Shown here: positions 51,386 to 64,000 of the stretch, piece by piece
Layout of the letters: each line of letters begins with the position of its first letter
How positions within the stretch are numbered: the stretch's first letter is position 1
NCBI RefSeq assembly: GCF_006345805.1
Contig: NC_042998.1
Coordinates: forward strand, 12,834,001-12,898,000
Direction of reading: 5' to 3'
Source: Octopus sinensis
Lineage: Eukaryota
DNA: 64,000 nucleotides
Notes under the pieces: generated by a model
Databases searched by the model: none
What the model saw: only the letters and a program-made list of their open reading frames with translations
Told to the model about the DNA's origin: nothing
Program-made: the position numbers and the translations under genes

Positions 51386-51547
51386 GACGGGCTTCTTTCA
51401 GTTTCCGTCTACCAAATCCGCTCACAAGGCTTTGGTCGGCCCGAGGCTATATTAGAAGACACTTACCCAAGGTGCCACGCAGTGGGACTGAACCCGGAAC
51501 CATGTGGTTGGTAAACAAGCTACTTAACACACAGCCACTCCTGCGCC
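51121..51547 (-). mobile_element. SINE family A, full length
   Basis: Same architecture as 44150-44599, in reverse orientation. Confidence 0.95.
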
Positions 51548-52309
51548 TTATTAATAAAGTGAATTATATTTCTATTTTACGGACGCAGTAGAATAACATG
51601 GCATTTTGATGGGAATCAGCGTTCTGATTACGAACACGAGGTTTTGTAGTACGGATTTGAAATATAATTATTTTATTTTAGTTTCAATATATTGAAAATT
51701 AGCCTTTTTCCTAACCGTAATTATCGAATTCAAAAACTATTTTCTTTGTTCCTGTAAATAAGACGAAATTTATGATTCATTAGGACATGTTTCCTTATAT
51801 AAGTCCATCATTGTACACCTATACAATGGTTTATCAGATGTGTACCCTTGGCTACGGTTTTTATTATTCATACACCGGATGCATCGTGGGATTGTAGAAA
51901 ACATGGAATTAAATGTCAGAACAAAATTTGCTGTTCTCAAGTATCCACTAGGGCTGATAAACGCACGATGATCGCTTTCATACGCGCAAAGAATATCTCT
52001 TAGATAAGAACTGCAGAGAGAAAGGGAGGTAGCAAGCTAAGAAAAAATTGAAGAAGGAAGAAAATACGAGTAATTTCGCGTGTATGTGCGTGCGTGAGTG
52101 TGTGTGAATATGTATGGGTGCATGTGTGCTTTTAATGAGGGAACGGTGTGGGGAGGAAAGCGTGTGAATTTGTGCAAAAAAGAATATATATATACGTGTG
52201 CGGTTGGCTATATATGGGAGGTAGAGCGTATGTGTTATTTTAATATGGGGTAGGACCGCCATTGGCAGCAATTACAGCTTGAATTCTACGAGGTATGAAC
52301 TCGTACAAA

Positions 52310-53474
52310 GTTTGAATTGTTTCCAAAGGAATTTTTGTCCATTCTTCATTTAAAACAGTCTCCAGTTCTTGTAGTGATGATGGTGGAGGATATCGACTCC
52401 TTACTTGTTTTTCTAAAATGCACCATAAATGTTCAATAATATTGATATCTGGGGACTATGGTGGCCAGATAAGATATTCAACTTCATAGAATGTTCCTCG
52501 CACCATTCAGTAACAACTTTAGCGGTGTGAATTGGTGCATTATCATCCTGAAAGACGGCATTTCCCTCCGGAAACAGTTCCGTAAACATAGGATGAATTT
52601 GATCAAATAAAATGCTTAAATAGTCTTCATTATTCATTCTGCCATGAAGGGAAGCCATTGGGCTGGCGGATTTCCAAGATATAGCCCCCCCCACACATAC
52701 ACACATCACCACTGATCCTGCTCCATGTTTAACAGTTGGAAAAAGGCAGTCTGGATCAAAAGCTTCTTTTGACTTTTGACTTTCTACACACGTATACTCC
52801 GACGTAGATCGGAAATAAGGTAACGAATGACTCACCCGAGAAAATAACATTCTTCCACTGCTTTAAGGACCAACTCTGTAGGTTTTTACTCCACTCTAAA
52901 AGCTTTGCATTGTTTGTACTTGAAAGTAGTGGTTTTCTGATTACAGCCCTCCCGTGAAATCCGGCTTTGTACAGCTCCCGGCGAACATATTTTATGGGAA
53001 CTGGGTTCTCGAGGTGGTCATCAAGCTCTGCAGTAATTTTGGCAGCTGAACGGTTTTGATCCATTTTCTAAAAATTCGCGTTAGAATCAGACAGTCCCTA
53101 TCTGAATGTTTTGGTTTTCTTCCGGAGTTTTTTTCGACGAGAAAGCTTTTGCCTGCTTCTCAAACACTGTCATTACTTTCAAGACAGTACTTCTTGATAC
53201 ACCAAACATTTCGGCTGTTACGCTAGCCCCTGCCATATGAGCACCAACCATTTGGCATCTTTGAAAGTGTGAGAGGTCTGTCATTTTAATGAATTTTTAA
53301 TTAGCTTTTTCTGATGATATCTGAAAAGAAACAGAAGTATTAGCAAAACATATTAAGCATCACTAATAATAAATCAAAAAGCATAAAAATAAACAAGTCT
53401 TTGACGGTTTTATAGATATATCAAAAGGATGATGCTGTGATGCTAGGTGTTTCCATTATTTTGTTCAACCCCTG
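52310..53474 (-). pseudogene. Tc1-like transposon remnant
   Basis: One TIR (ggtgtttccattattttgttcaacccctg|ta, 53446-53476). Translations MTDLSHFQRCQMVGA..., RRELYKAGFHGRAVIRKPLLS, WKNVIFSGES, VFQDDNAPIH, WPP*SPDINIIEHLW. Frameshifted. Confidence 0.88.
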
Positions 53475-53639
53475 TATGTGTGTGTATCAAGGTATACATA
53501 TTCGGATGTTGGATTTGAGTAGCTATATGTGTGTTAACGTGACGGTGTATGTGAATATGTGTGTGCACTCTGGTGTTCGTGGGGCGGGGTGACAAGAGAT
53601 GAGATGTGTGCGTGTGATTTTTTGACCAACAGTATGAGA

Positions 53640-54300
53640 ACTTCTTTAGCAATAGGATCCAAACACTGCAACGCCAACGGAAGATAAGTGCGGATCGCTA
53701 AGGGGTACAATGTCAAAGGAAACAAACCTCATTTGGCCACGTTCCATGAAAGTGTCTTGGTCAGCCGATGGATTTTCCAGTCGACCATCGTATGTGCATT
53801 TGTGAGAGTTGTGTATATGAAAACGGTGTTCAGCGTTAGAAGGTATGAGGCATTTGAGTGTGGTGACTAGATATGCAAGGATATGCATATATGCATGAGG
53901 CAAAATGACAGAGTGTGGGGGGGGGGGGCGGTAAGGAATGCATTGTGTGTATAAACATGACAGTGCATATAAGTGCTTGAAAAGAAGTTTGCAGAAGATA
54001 TGAGGATTGTATATGTGTGAGAGGTATAGAGTAGTAGGAAAAGATATGACCGCGAGGGATGTGTTGGTGTGTGAAGGAAATAGTGTTGATGTGTTAAGGG
54101 AATAGTGTTGGTGTGTTAAGGGAATAGGGCTGGTCTATTAAGGGAATAGTGCTGATGTGCATTTGAGGGTCGTAGAGTCAGAGGTATGTAGTGTAGAGGG
54201 TATGTTCAAAAGTGGGTTACATGCGTGCGGCTGTGTAGACGGGGAAATGAGAAAAAACGGGGTACAGTGATGGACGAAGTGGACACACAAAGTCAAGTAT
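53640..54300 (-). pseudogene. Probable Penelope GIY-YIG/C-terminal remnant
   Basis: Decayed translation CTYDGRLENPSAD...DIVPLSDPHLSSVGVAVFGSY loosely fits the PLE endonuclease tail (C.YIG.T...ADRF.EH...PVS.HF...H...LSVFGL). Confidence 0.4.
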
Positions 54301-54506
54301 TGAGGTGAAAAATATAAACGGAAATCATATATCTGGGTAGATAAAATGAGAAACATTCACTTTGATTGTGAACTGTGCGGTATCTGCAGTGGTGGTCACA
54401 CCGAAGACCGAGAACCATTGTGTATAATCGGTAGCGGATTGGAAATATCGTCAATTAGGCGACAAATTACCAACTCTAATGGCTCTGATATGCTTATGCT
54501 AATGCC

Positions 54507-54738
54507 TATTTCTTTACTACCCAGAAGGGGCTAAACACAGAGGGGACAAACAAGGACAGACACACGGATTAAGTCAATTATATCGACACCAGTGCGTAAC
54601 TGGTACTTGTTTAATCGACTCCGAAAGGGTGAAAGGCGAAGTCGACCTCGGCGGAGTTTGAACTCAGAACGTAACGGCAGACGAAATACCACTAAGCATT
54701 TCGCCCGGCGTGCTAACGTTTCTGTCAGCTCACCAATA
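54507..54738 (-). mobile_element. SINE family C, full length, with 11 bp TSD
   Basis: TSD atgctaatgcc at 54496-54506 and 54739-54749. Confidence 0.92.
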
Positions 54739-55789
54739 ATGCTAATGCCATGGGCAAGAAAGTGCCAATAATCGAAAGACTTGGGAAGATCGCTGTGTAA
54801 AGTGGTTGGGTTTAATCGCTGGAGAAAATGGTTATACTCAAACACCTACTTTCCCCGGAAGGGTCATTGAAGTACTGACTAATAGAAATTGTTTTTCCCT
54901 TCTGCGAGCTGATGTTTCCGCCGAGCCAACCCGAAATACGGCCCAAAGAGAAGGAGCTATCCTGTAAGGTGTATGGAGAAACTCTTTGCACCCTAAACCT
55001 CATTCTGAACTGATGCCTTAGGGTAGAGGGAAAAGGCCAATATAAGTGGAGCATAACGACTTACTAACAGAAATTGCCAACTGAATGGATAAGAAGAGAA
55101 TAATGGCTAACAAAGAGTACTATCATCACGCAAGAAAACTGTTTCCAAAATGAATTTTACAATGTTCCCAAGATACAAGTATTGGTAGGGGACTCGTGTC
55201 ATAACTTGCATGAAGAATTATGTTTGAAGAAAGAATGAAACTGATAAGAAAATCTCATCTTCAAATAGGTTTTTATTGCCATGCAAAGCAGTGAACACAA
55301 TTATCGTCAGGGATTAAAAAATTGACATTTTTCACCAACTAACGAAAACCAGATATAAACTCCTACTCAAATTATATTGAAAAAAATTGCTCGGTGTTCC
55401 ACCAAAAGTTCCATATCGAACGGTTTTTTGGAACTAAAAGAACTGACGCATTAGTTGTGATGTTCCTACGTGTTCAGTAAGAGCAGACACATACACATAC
55501 ACACGGGCATGTGACAATCACAAAACTATATCTACATATAATATTATTTGAGTTTGTGCGTGTTTGCACATGGGTATATACGTTTTTTTCACTTGCTCTT
55601 TGTATAACAAGCTATAAACTTCAACAAAATAAACAAAAAAAGTTACAATTTTACAATGTAGTCGTAAAATTTCTAGTATCCACAGGTATGCATACACACA
55701 CAAACATACAAAGGCACACACACACACACAAACAGAGGCGCACAAACACACACATAAACACAGCACATATGTGTATAAGTATATATATG

Positions 55790-55828
<39 letters not shown>

Positions 55829-55879
55829 GTGCCCCAGAATGGCCACAGCTCATGAGCTGAAACTAGAATCAATCAATCA

Positions 55880-58243
<2,364 letters not shown>

Positions 58244-58811
58244 TAACTGAACAGAGAGTGAGAATGAGAGAAAGAGGTACCCCAAAAAATAAACATGCAC
58301 ATACGACATCAATATATACATATACACGCAAATATTTACTTGCCAAGCATGTTATTATGTATTTGGATGTATATATATATATATGTATGTGATTGCATAT
58401 ATGTGTGTGGTGTGCGTATATTTGTGTGTGTGCGCGTGTGCTTGTGCACGTGCGTACGTGCGTGCGTGTGCTTGTGCACGTGCGTGCGTGCGTACGTGTG
58501 TGTGTGTGTGTGTGTGCACATGTATATATGAAATACTATCATGGATCCTTCATAATGTCATCGACGCATAGGGCCAGTATTCCGGATTCCTTGAAGGGAC
58601 GCCGTTTCGTTTCGAGATTAATTCTTCTTGCCAGACCAGTGGACTTGAACATTGTTGAATGAATTACTGTATTCTTGATCACTACTTATTGTCCTCTCGG
58701 GGACGAATACACAACTTCATCATCATGTGTACAATCCACTAACCATTATATCACGCGACTTCAACAACTATATAATAAAAATATATATAATATATGTGTA
58801 TTTATATTATT

Positions 58812-59226
58812 TTACTTTTACTTTAACTTTTACTTGTTTCAGTCATTTGACTTCGGCCATGCTGGGGCACCGCCTTTAATCGAGCAACTCGACCCCGGGA
58901 CTTATTCTTTTTGTAAGCCCAGTACTTATTATATCGGTCTTTTTTGGCCGAAACACTAAGTAACGGGGACATAAACACACCAGCATCGGTTGTCAAGTAA
59001 TGCTAGGGGGAACAAACACAGACACACAAAGAAACACACATACATATATATATACATATATACGTCAGGCTTCTTTCAGTTTCCGTCTACCATATCTACT
59101 CACAAGTCATTGGGCGGCCCGGGGCTATGGCAGAAGACACTTGCCCAAGATGCTACGCAGTGGGACTGAACCCGGAACCATGTGGTTGGTTAGCAAGCTA
59201 CTTACCACACAACCACTCCTGCGCCT
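58812..59226 (-). mobile_element. SINE family A, full length
   Basis: Same architecture as the other family A copies. Confidence 0.95.
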
Positions 59227-59251
59227 ATATATATAATTAAAATATATAATT

Positions 59252-59283
<32 letters not shown>

Positions 59284-59294
59284 CGCCTATATAA

Positions 59295-59827
<533 letters not shown>

Positions 59828-59948
59828 AATGAATAAGATTCAGTTGAATTAGGTAACAAATTAGACCGGTTTTATCAGCTCAGCTCGAAGTAAGTTCAAT
59901 AAAATCAACATAAGTAACAGGAATATACCTATACTTGACATGTTGTTA

Positions 59949-59980
<32 letters not shown>

Positions 59981-59983
<3 letters not shown>

Positions 59984-62719
59984 CTTAGAATAACTTAGAA
60001 AGGTTTTTGGCCAGTATTGGCCCAGGCCATGTCTAACTTAATAGCACCACCTGGCGAAGTCTTTCAGTTCAGGATTTGGGCACCAAGGCCCATTCGAGCA
60101 GAGAGTTATTGTTTGCGGAGACATATCCGGGTGTGGGTGGTTTGTCCGGTACTGTTTGAAGGAATTTGTCCAAAGACTTCTTGAATTTTGTGTGGTCAGT
60201 TTCTTTTTTGACGTGTCCTGGTGTAATGTTGAAGAGAGCGGGTCCAATTGAGGTGAAATAGTTGTGCCGTATTGTCGTTATGTGATGCGATTTAGATTTT
60301 TGTTGTGGACGGATGGCACGTGGTCCAAGCCTTGGATGCATTTTGAAGGTGATGCCAACATCATTCGGACAGTGCTGATGGAATATTTTCCACATCATAC
60401 AGATAATGTAGCGTTCACGGCGTCGTTGGAGTGAATACAATTTCAGCTTCTCTAGTCTACCCCAGTAGTCAAGGTCTGACATGCCATCTATCTTTTTTGT
60501 GATTGACCTTTGGGGAGCTTCAATTCTCATAATATTTTGTTTTGTGTAGGGAGACCACAGTGGACAGCAGTATTCAAGGTGGGGTCGGGCAAAAGTGGAG
60601 AAGAGAAGGATAATAGCGTGGGAATCTCTCGACTGGAAGGTTCTGAGAAGCCAGGAACACATTCTGCGGGCCATGTCAACTTTGCTGCTTATATGTGTAG
60701 CCCAGCTTATGATGTTGTCCACTGTTACTCCCAGGTCTCTGATGTTGTTGGATGCCATGAGAATTTCTCCAGAAGGAAGAGAGTATGGGAGTTTCAGAGC
60801 GTCCTCCCTTCCAAAGTGGATCAGTTCGAATTTGTCTTCATTTAGCAACATGTTATTCTTTTCCGCCCATTGGACAACAGCCAGTAGGTCTGACTGAAGG
60901 TTTATTCGGTCATCCACGCCATTGATGACCTTCTGGAGCTTGGAATCATCAGCGAAGGTTCTGATGTTGCTGTGTTTGATGGTGTCAGTAATATCATTTA
61001 TGTAGATGATGAAGAGAAGTGGGCCCAACACAGTGCCTTGTGGGACACCACTGCTGACTTTGGCTGGGCTGGATTTGACTCCTTCGACTACAACATGTTG
61101 GGTTCTGTTAGAGAGGAAGCACTTGATCCATTGCAGCAGCTTTCCAGTGACACCAATATCGGACAGCTTTCTCAGAAGGATCTTATGATCAACCCTGTCA
61201 AAGGCCTTGCTGAAATCAAGGTAGATGACATCAGTGTTGGAACCCTCTCCCAAGGCTCTCAAAATGTCATCAAAATGATGCAGTAGCTGCGTCAGGCAAT
61301 CTCTCCCATTACGGAATCCATGCTGGTTGGGGTTCAGCATATTATGACTCTCAAGGAAGTGAGTCATACGCGATCTCAGCACCCTCTCAAATACCTTGAT
61401 GATATGAGAGGTGAGTGAGATTGGACGGTAATTCACGGCAAGCGATTTGTTTCCTTTTTTGAAAACTGGGACAACAGACTGGGATAGAAGGTCTTCTGGT
61501 ATATATCCAGCATCCAATGAGTTCCGCCACAGATTGGCTAGAGGGGGTGCAAGTTGGTTTTGACACATCTTCAAGACACAAGCAGGGAACCTATCGGGAC
61601 CTACTGCTGAATTATGCTTCATTTCCTTTATTGCTGCTAAGACATCAGGAGCGCCAAATGTTATGTCCGATAAAGTGTATTGGGGAGTAACATCACTGAT
61701 ACAGCCCAGATCAGTCATATCAGGATTGCTGAAAACAGAGCAATATTGTTTCTGCAATATTTCTCCCATGGTTTTGGCATTGTCTTGAAGAGTACCATTT
61801 TCATCAATCAGAGGGCCAACAGTAGAACCAGTGACTCTGTGTTTTTTTGCAAATGAAAAGAACACTTTGGGATTGAGTTTGATCTTCTCAATGGCCCAGG
61901 CCTCTTCAGCTCTTCGCTGACTATTGATGATAGACATCATGTTGTTTTGGAGTTTATGTTTTTTAATCTCTAGCGACGAGATGGCAGTCAGGTTGGTGTG
62001 TTGCTGTTGACAGTATTTCAGCATGTTGATCTTTTTGTTGATTCTTTTAATTTTCCTTATGAGAGATTTTCTATTTCTAGGGATTTGACACTTAGATTTG
62101 TTTGCAGATCTTAATGGGGTGTGTCTTGCACATATGTTCGTGATGGTGTCTACAAGTGACTGCCAGGACTTTTTGATGTTAGTGGGTGTGTATGTGTGCG
62201 TGAAGGACCAATCGACTTGTGCAAGATCATTATTGATCGCTTCCCAGTTTGCATTGTGGAAATCCATAGTGTCAAATGGATGAGCAGGAGGGATGACATT
62301 TGTTTTGCATTTTGGCCAGTGAAATCTCAGATCACAGAGAACCATGTCATGGTTGGAGAGTAGGGTTTTCTCCACTGCAATATTGTGGATAGTATCAGTG
62401 TGATTGCTGAAAATTAAGTCTAAGACGTTTTTGTGACATCTCGTTGGTTCGAGTACCAGTTGGGACAAGAAGAAGTCATCCATGAAGTCAAGAAGCGATT
62501 CCACTGCCTCCCTGTCAGGGGTTGAGAGAGAAGAACCTGGCGGCAGACTGTTTGTAGACCAGTCAACCCCGGGAAGGTTGAAATCTCCCATCATTAAAAT
62601 GTTGTCAGGTTGACACTGCTGAATGAAACACTTTATGCTGTTGAGGCATTCCTTGAAGCATGGTAGGGGCGTTTGGGGTGGTCTGTAGAGCCCAACTACT
62701 GTTAAGTTGTTGGTTTGAC

Positions 62720-62722
<3 letters not shown>
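59981..62722 (-). mobile_element. 5'-truncated CR1/L2-type LINE
   Basis: ORF2 plus a short 3' UTR with stem-loop GGCCA-atac-TGGCC (60009-60022) and a tail of 2x TTCTAAGTTA (59981-60000). (TA)n on both sides. Confidence 0.95.
60069..62720 (-). CDS. LINE ORF2: C-terminal part of the APE endonuclease plus complete reverse transcriptase (first ATG at 62594, 841 aa)
   Basis: GLYRPP, MGDFNLP, LDLIF, SNHDMV (endonuclease). NYRPISLTS, QHGF, YLDFSKAFDRV, GVPQGTVLGP, FADD, RDLGV (RT). LYSLQRRRERY C-terminus. The frame stays open 42 codons upstream of the ATG, to the truncation point. Confidence 0.95.
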
Positions 62723-62762
<40 letters not shown>

Positions 62763-62770
62763 TTATATAT

Positions 62771-62849
<79 letters not shown>

Positions 62850-63072
62850 ATATATATATGTATATATAAGTGAGGTCTCATCAATAAGTATCCCAACTGT
62901 TGCCATAGTAACACACACATACATATGTACATCCAAACATGCAGTTACATGCTTGGCAAGTACATATTTGACCTTCATCACTAATGCACTAGATTTTAAC
63001 GTCCTGGATCATTTCTGCTGTTTACAGCGATGTTTGGAAGGAAGGTATGTAGGGTGTGATTGTTGCATTGTC

Positions 63073-63500
63073 GATGACACAGAAAGTTGTCAAAGCGATA
63101 CCTGCTCAGAGGCCTCCGCAAAGTTGCAGAAAGTGCATGGAGAGGCGTATATGACCCGCACACATATGTACGAGAGGTTCGGGCGTTTCCACGATGGCGG
63201 AAAAAAGATCGATATTGACGAACATTCTACGAGACCTGCAACCAGCATAACTGAGAAAAGCATCGCAGATGTGCGTGCAGCTGTGAGCGGAAATCTTCAA
63301 GTCACTATCCGTGATTTATAAGGGAATGTGGTGATTAGTTGCGGTTGCATTCCGTAAATTATCGCTGAAGATTTGGGTATGAGACTCGCGTCTCCAAGTT
63401 TGTGCAAAATCTGCTTTCAGCTGATCCAAAAGACACTCGGGTTCCAGTTGCAGAATATTTCATTGCTTGGGTCGAGAACGATGAAAACTTTGAAAACTTT
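63073..63500 (+). pseudogene. Mariner transposase N-terminal remnant
   Basis: EASAKLQKVHGEAYMTRTHMYERFGRFHDGGKKIDIDEHSTRPATS...TIRDL...EDLGMR...NLLSADPKDTR (mariner HTH region). Confidence 0.8.
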
Positions 63501-63564
63501 GCGCATGTCTGTGAGCAGATGTACCCGGATCTTTCGCATAATTTGATGCAGATTTTCTGTTCAA

Positions 63565-63766
63565 CCTTTTACTTGTTTCAATTATTTGATTGTGGCCATG
63601 CAAGAGCACCGCCTTTAGTTGAACAAATCGACCACAAGTCCTATTCTTTGTAAGCCTAGTACTTATTCTATCGCTATCTTTTGCTGAACCGCTAAGTTAC
63701 GGGGACATAAACATACCGGCATCGGTTGTCAGGCGATGTTTTGGGACAAACACAGACACACAAACG

Positions 63767-63865
<99 letters not shown>

Positions 63866-64000
63866 GGCGGGCTTCTTACCGCTTCCGTCTACCAAATCCA
63901 CCCAGAAGATTTTGGTCGGCCCGAGGCTATAGTACAAGACACTTGTCCAAAGTTCTACGCAGTTGGACTGAAGCAGAAATCACGAGTTTCGTAAGTAAGC
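63565..64000 (-). mobile_element. SINE family A, running off the window end
   Basis: ttttacttgtttcaa...gcaccgccttt...internal (CA)n(TA)n...ccgtctaccaaatccac. Confidence 0.9.

Noticed and set aside
58590-58640. GAAACGGCGTC stem III-like motif on the minus strand
   Set aside because: No CUGANGA-like core or matching stem I could be placed.
60510-62283. Plus-strand ORFs of 60-111 aa overlapping the LINE
   Set aside because: They are antisense shadows of the intact minus-strand ORF2.

Overview
This is a 64 kb AT-rich, microsatellite-dense, repeat-dominated stretch of an animal genome. The SINE families and (TA)n/(CA)n load point to an octopod cephalopod (inference). I recognise no well-known host gene. 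Mobile elements dominate. DNA transposons: two full-length but decayed mariners, one internally deleted mariner, two mariner remnants, two Tc1 remnants, a TA-flanked MITE and a Helitron-like element. Retroelements: a 5'-truncated CR1/L2-type LINE with an uninterrupted reading frame of about 880 codons, further LINE fragments, and about 30 copies of three tRNA-derived SINE families. The most striking structure not shown by the ORF track is a set of Penelope-like (PLE) terminal-repeat relics, often next to microsatellites and arranged as inverted repeats or palindromes. They carry type I hammerhead ribozyme motifs: one canonical at 12362-12447, one near-canonical at 34926-34979 and several degenerate. 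Two near-perfect palindromes look as if a ribozyme hairpin seeded them. There are also two unverified candidate genes for small cysteine-rich, dibasic-processed peptides (26134-26364 minus, with a coherent TATA/intron/Kozak/polyA layout; 45680-45862 plus) and a recent tandem duplication of about 1.15 kb. All coordinates were read by eye, and boundaries of decayed repeats are approximate.
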